Assembly: GCF_000143415.4 (NCBI RefSeq)
Contig: NW_003314270.1
Coordinates: forward strand, 1,230,722 to 1,294,721
DNA from: Selaginella moellendorffii
Taxonomy: Eukaryota; Plantae; Lycopodiophyta
Direction: 5' to 3'
Length of the DNA: 64,000 nt
Part shown: piece after piece, positions 1 to 15,078 of the stretch
How positions within the stretch are numbered: position 1 is the stretch's first letter
How the letters are laid out: each line of letters begins with the position of its first letter
Notes under the pieces: generated by a model
Databases searched by the model: none
What the model was told of the DNA's origin: nothing
Seen by the model: only the letters and a program-made list of their open reading frames with translations
Made by a program: the position numbers and the translations under genes

Positions 1-449
1 CTGCTGTTTCGAGTTGAACAAAGTTGTAGAGGAGCTTCGTTGAAGAATCATATGGAGCTGCATCACAGCACAAGGCAGTCGGCTGTGTGTCATGCGCCAA
101 ATACCAGCTGGGGGCTTCATTTACCCAAGGAGCTGAAACAACAGAAACAGGAAATGAGACCAATGGATTAAGCTCGCATCTCGCGGCAATGTCGACCTCC
201 TGCCTTTCTATCACCTGGTTCTTCCTCGTGGCTTCATGCATTTCTTCGCCAGCACCTCTTCTGGACTGGAGCTGTCGTAAGCACATTATAGAGAACCACT
301 CTCGAACTTCCATTGTACTTTCTGCTTTATAGTGTTACTAATTATTATATATAATATAAAAATACTATAATATTATACATTTATAATGATGAAAGAACAC
401 TCCTAGTAAATTCGACAATTAAAAATTCAACAGCATCACAAAATATTCT

Positions 450-1638
450 TTAGTCAACACCCAAGCCCCACTGAAGTTCCTCATGCTGCCTGGCCTCGAC
501 CACTGCCGCCTTTTTCCCGTGCACTTTCGATGCCGAAACTTTTGGAAACTCATCCCTCCACACTGAGATTGCAGCTGGAACTGCTAGAGCTTCCTTAGCA
601 AGCTCACCCTTAAGAGCGCCCGGTTTGTTGTACACTGGAAAAAAGAGCTTAGCATGCTCCAGAAGTCCGAAGGACGATGCGTCATCGTCTTGAAGGCGAA
701 GGATGATGCAGGAAATCTCCATGGAACGATCCTTTACGTTGACGACATGGACTCTTCCTATGTGATGAAACATATGATCGAAAACCCTGCGTGCATGCAA
801 AATGAGTCTATATAATCTCTGATTTGATTTCCAAGGGCTGTTACACGGCACTTCAGCACAGCTTCAAAAGTGCAGTCATAAAGTCGAAGGCTCAAGGGAT
901 CCAGCTTCAGGAGGTCGATTGTCCCGGAGGCATCTCTTTTCCAGGAACAAATGAGGTTGTCACAGCAGATCCTCGTATCCTCGTACTCTTCCTGGTCCAA
1001 GAGTACAAATGCCTCCAGCACAGCAAGGAAGAGCTCCACTTGTGGCGCTGTGGACAGATGAAAAAGAGAAACAAGCAATCACAAGCGAACAAAAAGAACA
1101 GGGGAGAGTCGAATACCTCGTAACTCTCGCGGAACTTGGTGAGCAGCTTGGACAAATGATCTCGTACTCCTATGACTTGTCTGTCCACAAGCATAAGCTG
1201 CTCCTGTCCCAGTTTGCTCTCCTCGAGGAGATCCATGACGGCTTTCAGAGCTTCCATCGTTCTTGCATCTTTCCGCGCGGCCAAGGAGTGCCTCGTCTGA
1301 GCAACAGCTCCCACATCCATGCTTAACCTCGACCGGATCGCTTGCCGGAGCTTTAGCAAGAGCCTCCGCGAGCGCCATAACGTAGACGCCCGAATCCTGA
1401 TTTCTAAGGGATACGAAAAACTCGAGTAGCCGGCGTCGCTGGCATTGCTGGCGCGGCGTATGGTTGATGTCCAGCCAGCCAAGAGGCGCGCAGTTGGACT
1501 GTTGTGGCTGGTAGATGAACTCTCCAAGTGGAAACAGCTCCCATGGCGATAAATCAGCAAGCTCCAACAAGTGGAGCTGCTTACTGGGCAAAGTATGAGT
1601 TGGTACTTCGTTAAATACCTCCCGGGCTTAGCCGACAT
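450..1638 (-). pseudogene. Degenerate Ulp1/SENP8 (peptidase C48)-like sequence, copy A
   Basis: LILCPVSSSTCWSLLIYRHGSCFHLESS resembles the C48 core (FxPxN..HWSLLV..F.HYDS). NQDSGVYVMALAEAL in an overlapping frame resembles QxNxxDCGVYV. Frames are broken. Confidence 0.5.
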
Positions 1639-1823
1639 TAACAGAAAGAGCTCCTTGCTGTGGCTCTGACAGAAGAATTTGATGATCGTTCATCCATGGA
1701 AACCCCACCCTAACTTTTGCCTCTAAATGCGTAAAGTTTCCTTTAATTTGGAGAACATAACCTTAGCAAAAGCGAAGCGCAAACTCGTCCCCATCTTCTT
1801 CAGGTCCCTTTGTAGTTTCATGT

Positions 1824-2531
1824 CTAGTTTGTTATTAAACGTTTTCTCCTGATTATATATTTCACTATGACCAGTCCTTGATGAACATAGAAGAGCTGCC
1901 TCAAACCGATGACATAATGTTCTCTGGACAAGCATGTATCCAGCTGAAGAAGGTCGATTGTCCCGGACTCCCGGACGACGCATTCGGGAGTACCACAAAG
2001 TTCATGAGCATGAGGAACTTGGTGCACAGCTTGGATAACAAATGATCTCGTAATGTCTTACAAGGATAAGCTTCTCCTGTCCCGATTTGCCACCCTCGAA
2101 GAAGAGGAAATCCATGCCAACTTTCAAAGTGCCCATAGTACTAGCGTCTCTCTAGATCCACGATCCCTCGCCTCGTCTCGGCAATAGCTTCCACAGCCAT
2201 GCTATTGCTATCGAGTTCCTCGCAAATCAGCAACGAGCGTACGTTCTAGCGCTTGCAGCTCCGGCAAGCGATCTGGTCCAGGTTGTGAGAACTCGAGTCT
2301 CCATGGGGTTCGGCCGATGGAGATCCAATCCAACCGGGTGGTGCTTCTTAACGAGCTGTCGAAGTGGAAAAAACTCCCTTGGCGATAAACTAGCAAGCTC
2401 CAGGCATCGCTAGTGCTGCTTATTGCGAAGAGTACCATTTGGTACTGCGCTAGATCGGCTAGAGCTTCTTCTAGCTTACCGGCAAGATATCGCTCCGCAA
2501 CACAGCACGGCTCCATAATAGATCCATGCAA
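1824..2531 (-). pseudogene. Degenerate Ulp1/SENP8-like sequence, copy B (diverged tandem duplicate)
   Basis: VLFAISSTSDAWSLLVYRQGSFFHFDSS and RESGTIDLLQLD align with copy A (RDASGTIDLLKLD). DNA similarity between ~1940-2200 and ~890-1330 is visible by eye. Confidence 0.5.
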
Positions 2532-2597
2532 AATCCAGGAACCTAACGTTTGGATCTTTATAGAGGTAACTTTTTTTGTGATTTTTCCTTTGAACTT

Positions 2598-5000
<2,403 letters not shown>

Positions 5001-5191
5001 CGCCAGAAAACCTCGAACTCGACAGTAGACGCCATTTATAACACCGGGATTTACGTCTGCTTAGTCTTATGGCTTGTGATGGTGCCACGCGATTACTCTG
5101 CACACCGCTCGATTAGATTGTGGCCTTGCGGCGACGCAAGCGAATATGCCTTCATCGAACCGCGAAAAAGAATAGTTTTGTCTTTGGCATT

Positions 5192-6376
5192 CTAGATTGT
5201 AGCTCTCCCTCTTTGGGCAGCGAGGGCTCTAGAGACCGTTTGAGCATTTGCGTTCATCAAGATAAATTCCTTTAGCAATAAACGCTCTCGTGAGCTTTGA
5301 ACTTACGAAGAGAAAAAAAGACTGCATACCATTTCCAGAGCTGTCACGCGAGTGAGTATGAAGTCTGCTTGATTCTTTCTACAATCACAGATTTTGATCG
5401 GTATGAGTAGCCAGCGGAAATTGAAATACCTGGATTCCTGAGTCGAATTCTGGGAACCAATGCCGATAAACATCATCCTACGATCCATGGTGTTTCGGCA
5501 AGAGAAGTCCTCGCCGTCATGGACATAAACATTCTGCTCTTCCAAAATGATACCTTCCTCTGAATTATTCGTCGACTACACTGCTTACCACATCATGCCG
5601 CAGAAAAAGCGGAAGAAGCATGTTTTTCAACGACGCATTGCTGTTTTCCTCCAAATCGTGATGACCAACAATCACACGCCTGCAAGAAAAAGCAAAATCA
5701 AAAATAAAAAAGTGAAGGCCTGCCTGGAGAACTAAAAGTGAGCCTTACCAGCTAGCCGAGCTACTTGCAAGGACGTGTTCTAGCCAGTTGAGCTGATCGA
5801 AAGTCTCCCCGGCCTTCATTAGCGAAGAAAAAGAAAAGTCAATGCCAAAAGAGGGCAACAAACATACAACCAATCCGTTGGAGTCCAGGAAAAACACATC
5901 CATGAATCGTTGACGAAGCAAGAAATATCTGCGGAAGCAACGCAGAGTAAATCCAGTTCCGGGAAAACAAAAACTAACTGGAAAGCAAGCTTACCTTTCC
6001 GGCTTTTTAGAATCATCCTACAAAAAAAAAGCCATCGTCATAAAAAGGAGACACAAGAAACAGCTTCTGCGCATACCTTCAATCCAGCCGAAAAGCTTCG
6101 AATCCGGCTACTATTCATGATAAACCCCGCACCAAACCTTTTAGATGCCTTTTCTATCTGCACACCAAGAATTCCACCCACAATGAACGAGTGAACACGC
6201 GAAGCTAGAGCCTAGAATCAAACTCTATCACACACCTCAAGCTTCTGGAGCTCCGGAGCAATCAAAAAGTAATCTTCCATGGTGCTGGACGAGGGTCGCT
6301 TCTTACAGTAGGATATGAATCCAAGCACCGAGGCCGCCAGCATCACAATGCAAACCTGCGCAATCACCACACCCAT
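5192..6376 (-). CDS. Calcineurin-like metallophosphoesterase / purple-acid-phosphatase-like protein, short, with N-terminal TM anchor, multi-exon
   Basis: Hand-spliced GT-AG exons give MGVVIAQVCIVMLAASVLGFISY...QLNWLEHVLASSSASWRVIVGHH...LLPLFLRHDVNVYVH...FILTRVTALEM...QRGRATI*. WxxxVGHH is a PAP-family motif. Confidence 0.65.
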
Positions 6377-6755
6377 GATCTGGTCAATCGAATGGTAGCG
6401 CCACAAGTGATCAGCTGGTCTGCAACGCAAAGAGATATTAAAATACCCTTCGAGAAATCATTCGATCCGGATCAGAGCTTCCAAATGCCAGCGCGGCATT
6501 ACAAAAAAACTTCTTCCTTGTCCATCTCGAGACCGGAAGAAAAGTGTGCGTACCTTGCTGTCTCCTACGGCGATAAGGACACATCTCCAAGCCCTTAGGG
6601 CTTTCACGCGAATTTCGAATTTAGGCGCGAAATCTCTTTGAGGATACACTAAAAAAACACAAGGCACAGAGTGAAAAAAACCTGTGATAGCTAGCGCTCG
6701 ATTTTCTTCGTTTCTTCTTCGATTTTTTCCGTTTTTTTTTTGCCTGTCACCGTGA

Positions 6756-9009
6756 TCAAATCCCTCCTGCGGAGGCTAGATTCGTGTTACTGTTGTTGTT
6801 GTTGGTGGTGTTGTTATTGTTGTTGTTGCCATTGCTATTGTTGTTGTTGTTATTGGCTCCCGCGGGCCTGTCCGTCTCATTGTTGGTGTAGAACGCCACC
6901 TCCGACGGCGACAGGATCCGGATGCCTCGAACAGAGCTCACGAATTCCCTAGAACCACAGAATCAAACGAGTCAAATCCACGAAGAAAAGAGCCAACTGA
7001 TCACGAACTCGGGAAACAAGGAAAGAAACCAAACAAGTTCTTCGAAACTTACTCCCATGGATCGTCTCCGACCAGCAAGATGTCCCCTTCGTGATCGATG
7101 AACACGAGCTGCCACCCTGACTTCTGATCCAGCTGACCGTCCAAGTTAAACATCCGAGCCAGCTCCCACCGCAGCTCCGTGTAGTTGCTGAATCTCGTCA
7201 CGTCCACAGCTCTCCCAATAGATCCGAGCTTGTATACCTGAAAGATCATCGCGACCCAATGCATCGATCACTCAAGAACAGTGAATTCTCGGTCACACTT
7301 ACCTTTGTATACGTTCTCGTTGGTGGCTGCTTGTTAGAAGCGTTGATGTTATGTTGGTGGTGATGGTGGTGATTGCTCCTCTGGGCCAGAGTGGTGGTGT
7401 TGTCCTCGGGGCTTCCGTTTTGCATGGTGGTGTTGGACGAGGACGCCGCCGCCGCGTGGTTGTGGACGCTCGTCACGGAGCTCGCGGCCATCTCCGAGGA
7501 GCAGTAGGAGCTCCCGCCGTTTGCGAGATGGTGGTGGATCTGCCTCGACGACGCCGCGTTTCCCGTGTTTGATTGCATCATCTTGTTCCCGTTTCCAGAG
7601 TTTCTTTGCAGCTGCTGCTGCTGTTGCAAGTTGCCACCAATCTGGGAGGACGAAACCATGGGCGAGAATCCATTGCCATTGCTTGTCAAGCCGCTGACTG
7701 CGTTGTTACAGCTGCCGTTGGCGTTGAAGATCATCTCCGGTGATGGAGTGATCAAGTCCCCTCGATACGACGACGAGCTTTGCTGCTGCTGGAGTGGGAT
7801 GCTCGGAAGGACTTGGAGCTGATGGTGGTCGAGGAAATCCGTGTTACCGAACGAGCTCAAGCTGGGCGGTAGCGGCGGGATGGCAGAGAAGGACGACATC
7901 ACGTCCGAGGGTATCAAAGGTGGCAGCGGCGGAACCATGTTGTTGGTGGCGTCCTTGTTGATCGTCGAGAACCACGAGCAAGGATCTCGTCCCAGCAATC
8001 CCGGAGCCGGGGGAAGAACTGACTGCTGCTGCTGCTGCTGGATCATCTGGTTTTGTTGGTGGTGGATCACCGGAGGAGCTTGCGGAAGAACAGGCGCTTG
8101 CTGCAAAATACCGGAGTGATTCATGGCTGGAGGCTGCTGCTGCTGCTGCTGCTGGAGGATGTGAGAGTTGATCAAATCGCCGCCACCACTGTTAGCGTTA
8201 CTGTTGATCTGCATAACTTTGGAGGACGATGGCTGCTGTTGCTGATGGACGAGAGGAACCACCGGGAGATTTTGGAGCATCGGGCTATACATGTCGAGCT
8301 CCCGCATGGTGGGACGCATTGGAGACTGGGGAAGCGGCGGTAGCGGGAGGTGGTGGTGGTGGTGATGGTGTCCAAGGTGGTGCTGGTGATGGTGTTGATC
8401 CAAGTTGCTAGTGGTGCCGCTATTGTTGTTGTTGTTGTTGTTCGTCGTGGAGGACGAAGCGTCAAGAACATGAGAAGCGGGATACTTGAAACCGCCACCG
8501 CCACCGCCACCGCCGCTACCTCCGCCCAGCGCTGCCGAATTGGACACTACTCCGCCACCACCGCCACCATTGCCAACGCTGTGAATGCTGCGAATCTCTT
8601 GTAATGCCGCGGCAGCCATCACTCTCTGCTGGAAGTTGAGTTGATTGCCAGCGCCGCCAGCGCCGCCAGCGCCGCCACCCCCGCCCCCGCCGCTAGCTCC
8701 ACCACCAGCAGAGCCAAAGCCAGTGTTGGTCGGACCGCTGGAGTTCGCGACTACCAGATTGCCGCTCGACGCGCCGCCCTGAATCCTCATCCAGTGCTCC
8801 AGGTTCGCGGCGTAGGCGGCGGAGGGAGTGGTGGAGGCAGTGGTGGCGCCGCTGGACGTGGTGACGACTGCCCCGTTGCTAAGAACGCCGCTGTCCATCG
8901 CGTGATCCCACGAAGCCCTGGCCATTTTGGACGGCTTGTCGAGGAGCTGCTGCTGCTCGTCGGCCGGGGAGTAGTCATCCTTGCTACGCTTACTGCCCGC
9001 GTAAGCCAT
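6756..9009 (-). CDS. Non-canonical auxin response factor (ncARF-like): long Q/N/H/G-rich region plus class-A-type PB1 domain, no B3 DNA-binding domain
   Basis: Three exons. [35 protein letters not shown]...[39 protein letters not shown] is an ARF PB1 domain. No B3 domain and no Aux/IAA degron (GWPP) in the 587-aa first ORF. Confidence 0.85.
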
Positions 9010-11169
9010 ATCGATCGATGCTATATCCTCCGAGAGTGATCGAGCTAGCTTCCCAGAGCGCTGTCTCTAGAGCTTACGATCATCCCCCAAGAACAAGAGG
9101 ACGAGAGCCTAGCGGCATTTTCTTCCTCCTCCCCTCTTTTGTTCCCTGGCACATTACGAGCGGTGGATGTGATGGACTCGCTCCTCCATCCCAGCCCTGG
9201 ATCAATCCTGTGGAGCAAACACGCTCCACAGTGGACTAGGCTATGCCTAGATCTTTCCTTTCCTCTTTGTTCTTTCCTCTTCTCTTTTCACTCGCCCAGC
9301 ATTAAATCCGGCTTGTGGGTCGGAGCAGCAGCATCGTAGCAATCAATCCAGCTGCAACCCATTGTCCGCGAGCTCGTAATTCCCCTGTCTGGCTGCTGCC
9401 CAGAGCAATCGGTCCTCACCCAACAGCGAAATCTTACCAGCCAAAAACGAGAAAGAAAGGAACAAGCTAACTTACGAGGAAGAGAAGAGCTTTTCCTTGG
9501 ATCTATCCCCTCTAATCCGTCCTTTAGCTCGCTCTCTCCTTTTTGTTTCCTCCCGAGATCACAAAAAGCGAAGAAAAAGAGGGAGAGAGAGAGGGGAAAG
9601 CCAAAGAATGAAGTGAATCGACACCCACCGGTGGAGTAAAACGTCGCGAGCAAAGAAACAACGAGCACAGGATCCCGATCATCGGGCTGACAACACTCGA
9701 CCGCTGCTACAAATCTTCGACTCCGTCCACTGCCGCCGCCGCTGCTGCTGCTGCTACTGCTCCGTCTCTTCTTCCTCCCAGCGCCACCGAGAGATCTCTT
9801 CCAACCTCCGAGAGAACGAAACGAGCTCGCGGAAAAGGTCTTAACTTCTTCGCTCGCGAGACCCTCTCCTTCCCCACAGCGATCTATCAATTTTGGTCCT
9901 AGCTAGCTACTTCTTCCTTCACCACACTCGCTTCCATTCAATGCTCGCTTCGTCGTCTTCGTCTGGAAATGGATCCACCATAACCATTGCAAAAGCAGGT
10001 TCACTGCATTTTTCTCCTCCTTTATGTGGTACATTAAAAAAAACAGAAGAAAAAAAAGAAATTCCTTTCTTTCTACCTAGTCCAACTACTTTTAGAGTCC
10101 TGGTAAGTATAGCCAAGCACAAAGCCTTCTCACAGTCTCTTTCAGCACAAAGCTCCCCCCAGAAAAGAAGGACGCCAGCCATTTTAGCATTGATATTCGA
10201 TTTTCATACCAAAAAACACTAGCTTCTGCGTAAATTGGCCTGTGTAAGATAAGATCTCTCTCGTCCCAGATCAGATCGCCCAGCAAGCAGCAGCAGCATC
10301 ATAATCCTCTCTTCGCTTGTCCCCGCTTGTCTCTCCCTGGATTGTTTTAGTTTATCCAAAAACGAACAGACACAACACACCTCCTCACTGTGGGCGTACT
10401 GAGATGCCACAGTGGTAGTGCTACGATTGAGCTTTTAGCACAGAATAGGGCAGAGCTAGAACGCAGCAGTGGTGCTCTCAGCATCAGTGCCAGCGACCGG
10501 CGGCAAACTGTGACGAACTGGAGCAGCAGCGGCAGTGCTGCCCACAAAGATTAGTTAAGCTTAAGCTAGAGAGAGATCAGATTAGCTAAACAGACAAGAT
10601 GGACTTTTTCCTCTCTGATCAGCTGTTAAGTACTTGTGGCGGACCACACTTTTGCCGCATACGTACCACTACGCGCGCATATACTCCGAGCTGGTGCGTA
10701 TGAATATGCTATCTTACCCAGTGCATGTCATGTAAGAGGTTTGCTCCATCAATCATCTGTTGTTCCCCTGCTGCTGCAGCTGCCCCTGCACCTGCAACAC
10801 AGCTGCAACTGCTCCTGCTCCTGCATCTGCTGCTGCTGCTCTTGCTGCTCCAAATCTGATTTCTTCCCCTCTCACTGCCAAATCCTTCTTTTTTTCACCA
10901 TCTTTTACCTAGGCTAGAGTCACCTCCAACCAAACTCTGGGTGTCTGCTTGTGTGTGTTTTGAGTGTGGACTCTTCTTCAAGTGTATTTTATCCATCCTT
11001 TTCCTTCTTTTCTGCTTTTTCGGCTTCTGCTGCTGCTGCTTGCTTAGAGTTCATCCATTTTGACTGGCTCCTTAGGTGCTGGCTGGCTGGCCCTGCTGTC
11101 TGCCTGTCTGGCTGCTGTGTCTGGACTTTTCCTTTGAAGTGCCACCTTCTGGTATGTATAGAGAATATG

Positions 11170-11173
<4 letters not shown>

Positions 11174-11246
<73 letters not shown>
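11174..11246. repeat. (CT)n/(GA)n microsatellite, ~36 units
   Basis: Perfect dinucleotide run upstream of the ncARF gene. Confidence 0.98.
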
Positions 11247-11251
<5 letters not shown>

Positions 11252-12354
11252 GCCTGAGGAGTTCAGTGTCACGCCAGCCAGCTTTTGCTGCCAAGTGTCC
11301 ATGGCATTTGTTTGCAGCTGTTTCCCTTTCTTCTACAGTTTTTTGTTGGTGTTTGTTCAATTGTGGGGTTTTTTGTTATGTGGATCTTAAACGTCTTTGC
11401 ATGTTATAGCTACCACATGCTCCAGACCGCCGCCGATCACTCGACAACCAGAGAGACATCGATCGAAATCAAGTGGGCATGCCTATGAATCAGCAGCAAG
11501 CAAAATGCCATTAGGTGGGCAAATGTAAATGGCGAGAAAAGAAAGCGCTTTGGGGCGCTTGAGGCTTGTTTGTTTGTGGCCCTTGTTTTTGTGGGCTCCA
11601 AGGCCGTCTTCAACCCCTTGTAAACCGTTCAAAACAGTATTTAAACGCTCACGAGGAAGCGTCACAGCGTGGAAAGCAGAACGCAAAAGAAGAACAAAAA
11701 AGAAAAAGGCACGCACACCAACATGCAACGGAAACTCATGCGATGGGGACCATTACAAAAACTACAGAGGAATCTTTTGATTTCTATCGCATGCTTTAAG
11801 TAGCACGCACAGGCATATACTCCACAAAACGACCGCATATGCCTTTATTTTTCCGCGAGACTTTTGGTGTGGGGTCTCAATGTTGGTGACAAATTGACCC
11901 CAGAGCTTTTAAAATCCCTCGATGATTTAGTTGGCACTCTCGCTAAACTTGTTAGCTCTGCTCATGTGCTGATTATTGGAGCGAGAGAGATGTGTGTTGC
12001 TCAACCTCTTGCATTGAATTGGAAGCACATGGATTTGCCCCTCGAGAGGGACACTTCCATTTGATTTGACAAAAAGGTCCTCGCTATAACGACGGAATAA
12101 GTATGACGCACCTTTTCTCCGCAGGATATCGCTTTCAGTGATCTGATCCATCCGCCCATGAGAGAAGAGAGAGCGAGTGAATGAGTGAGGAAGAGAGAAG
12201 CTCGCAACACCCACACCAAAGCTCTCTGCAGGAGGAAAACAAAAAGAAAAATGGAAGCTTTCTCAGTCCTTGCTGTTGCAGGAGAGGAAAAGGGAAGAGA
12301 TCAAAGTCACTCACCCGACAAAAATAAATGGATGAGCTGCTGTGCTGCTTCAAT

Positions 12355-13365
12355 TCAATCCGAGGCTGGCGGAGGAGGGAGCTTGAACTCCGGAGTGATT
12401 GTTTTCCCTGTGGCGGCCGCGGTGAGGAGCTTCCTCTTCTTCATGCTTAGCGACTTGAGCTTGTGCTCCCCGCGTCGGAGGTAGTAGAGCTTAGCTCTTC
12501 TCACCTTCTTTATGTCCAGAATCTCAAACTCTTTTATAAGTGGGGAATAGCTGCGCAGCGAAAGAGAGAGGAATGTCAAGAGAGGACATCGGCAAAAGTT
12601 AAAAACTTACAGTGGCAAAACATTCTCCACGAAAGTGTTTCCGATTTGCCGTCTGAGCCTGAAAGTGGTGTGTATGCCATTGTTTCGCATGGCAATAATA
12701 ATTCCTTTGTACTCTTGGATTCTTCGCTTGTTCTGCGGCTCTTCCTAGAATCATATATGTTGAGAATCAAGAGATTTACATGGAGCAGAGTACGTACCAC
12801 TTTAACGCGGATAACGTAGCCCGGCTTGAGCGCGGGGATCTCTCTCTCTTGTTTAGCTTGAGCAACAGCTTCCTTGTTTAGAATCTGCAAAGGAAACAAC
12901 ATAAAACTCGCAAAGACTCGCGAGGAAAGTAAAAAAGAAGAGAAACATACCTCCATGATAAAAGCCGCAGTTTTACCGAGCTTCTTGGTCTTGACATGCG
13001 GAGCTGGATCGATCGAAATCGTGGTAACATCGGGCTTAGCTTCCTGGTCACCAGAAGCAGCATTTTCAGCCTCCTTGGCAGCAGCTCTCTTGAACAGCCT
13101 CTCCACGGCCATTCTAGCTTTGTATCTCCTGGAGACCGTCGTGAAATACTCCCGCTTCTTGCCTTGCTCCTCACCGCCATCGCCAGGCCCAGCGTCTGGT
13201 GCCTCATCGTCTCGCAGCACCCGATCACAGTGGAAGCTCCTCCCGGCGCATTGGCGCCACGAGCCCTAGATTCTCAAGCCACATTCACCGCAATGCATCT
13301 CAGTCCGGCTTCCATACCTGGTGGAGAACCGCCGTGAGCTGCCCGTAGCGTCGGAGCAGCGCCAT
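12355..13365 (-). CDS. RPL19: Organellar (probably mitochondrial) 50S ribosomal protein L19
   Basis: MALLRRYGQL presequence-like start. PHVKTKKLGKTAAFIME-ILNKEAV..IPALKPGYVIRVKV and YSPLIKEFEILDIKKVRRAKLYYLR match bL19. Telo-box aaaccctaa next to the ATG. Confidence 0.9.
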
Positions 13366-13452
13366 AAACCCTAAATCCCCATCCCCGGGAAGCTATTTCT
13401 TAACATAAACTGGCGCACTAATACCTCTAGACCGGCCAGTATTTAATAACAA

Positions 13453-13525
13453 GGTCCTATAGTGTAGTGGTCATCACGTTTGCTTTACACGCAAAAGGTC
13501 GCGAGTTCGAAACTCGCTGGGACCA
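13453..13525 (+). tRNA. tRNA-Val(TAC)
   Basis: Acceptor GGTCCTA/TGGGACC, A-box TAGTGTAGTGG, anticodon arm TTTGC-TTTACAC-GCAAA, T-arm GCGAG-TTCGAAA-CTCGC, upstream CAA and downstream T-tract. Confidence 0.96.
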
Positions 13526-13631
13526 AATGTGTTTTCCTCTCTTTTTAGGGTTAGTCAACATTTTGCTTTTATTGACCTTTTATTGACTAGTTGACTACGT
13601 CTTGACTAGGACTGAATCTTACTTTTTCCAC

Positions 13632-15078
13632 CTAGAGAAGTTGTGGAGCCCCTTGCGAGAGCGCTGCGTTCGCAATCAGCTTGTTCATTGCATCCGTAGG
13701 GTGGAAACTGTCCCAGAAAACGTACCTGGACGCATCAGTGCACGTCCCCGGCGTATGCATGTTACACAAAATTGAGACTTCCAACCTCCCTTTTCCGCAG
13801 CAGCCCGTCAGCGTCTGCTGGAATCCTACACAAAGAACAAACAAACCAACGTTGTCAACGCGTGGTCTCGATCGGGGAGTTTGTTTCTCCACGTACCGTA
13901 TTTCCCTGGATCGGCGAGAACGTTCGTGAAGAGCGTGTAGATGTCGATGTATGCGAGCCTGAGGCCCGGGAAGCCGTCCTTGATCGAGTTCACGGTGGAC
14001 TGGAGGGCCGCATTGAAGAGCACGGCGTCTTGGTTGTGATCTTCCACGCACTGCAGCTCCCCGTGGCTAAAGAGGGTCACTTGCGAGGGAACGCAGCCCA
14101 GCGGAGCTAGGCTGACCACGGCAATTCGTCGAGCTCCCAGCCCATACAAATCCTAAAGAGAATCACCCAAAACAGAGCTTTGGATGAGAGTGTGTTCCAA
14201 ACAATCCAGAGAGGTGTGGCATGGGAGTTTGCTCGTTACCTTGACGAAGTTTGCAAAGGACTCAATGAGCATGGCTCGGTACGTATCCGGGTCGAACATC
14301 TTTTGCGTGAGGGGATTCAAGTAGTAATTGTTGATGTAGTCGTTGCTTCCGGTGCTGATCGCGACGAGCGCCTTGGAGACGATGTCGCTCGCATTGGCTT
14401 GCCCAACCATGCCGATGAGCTTCGACTTGTATTTGCTGAACCACTGGATTTGGCCACTCAGGCCTGGCACATTCTGCGTTAAACAATTGACACAATGTTT
14501 CCGCGAGTGACTTCACAGAGATTTTGGGAAAGGAGGCATGAGAAGAACCATGGGGGATCAAAGAAGTAAAGAAGTTCATGGGACTTACGAAGGGAACGGC
14601 GGTTTTCTCGTAGAATCCGGATCCAGAAGTGGCGAAGTTGACGCCCCTGACAATGCTGCTGCCCTGCGCTTGGGGATCCAAGTAAGCCGGAGCGTATGGC
14701 AGTCCTACAAGGTTTGCTGCGTGATAGAAAATCCCACATTCAATCATAAAAGCTTGGACAAAGGAAAAGAATAGTTGGAATTCCATGATCCAAAGATCCG
14801 GAGCCAAAGAACAAAACGAGAAGAGCAAAGAGTACCAACTTGCCTAGATAATCCGTGGGAGTTCTTCCATTGCAAAATCTCCCGGTGGCGACACTGCTAT
14901 CAAAGTCTCGACCATAAGGTGGGAAATTGGCCCTCACAACAGTGGGGAGAAAATTGTTATTGCCGGCATCCACGGTAGAATCGCCAAAGACGTAGATCGC
15001 GGGCGCGAGCTGGGCTCGAGCTTGACACAAGAAATTGAGGAGGAGAAGAGCGATCGCCAAGACAGAGTGGTCTCGCAT
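13632..15078 (-). CDS. GDSL esterase/lipase, secreted, 5 exons
   Basis: Signal peptide, [51 protein letters not shown]. Confidence 0.95.

Noticed and set aside
1-332. Coding exon at the window start
   Set aside because: Possibly part of a gene running off the window, but no recognisable motif.
10395-10490. miRNA hairpin upstream of ncARF
   Set aside because: Pairing is partial and no known mature miRNA is recognisable.
10951-11409. ORFs with (SL)n or (RE)n tracts
   Set aside because: Translation of the CT microsatellite.
11918-11975. C/D box snoRNA
   Set aside because: The C box is imperfect, with no clear terminal stem or rRNA-complementary guide.
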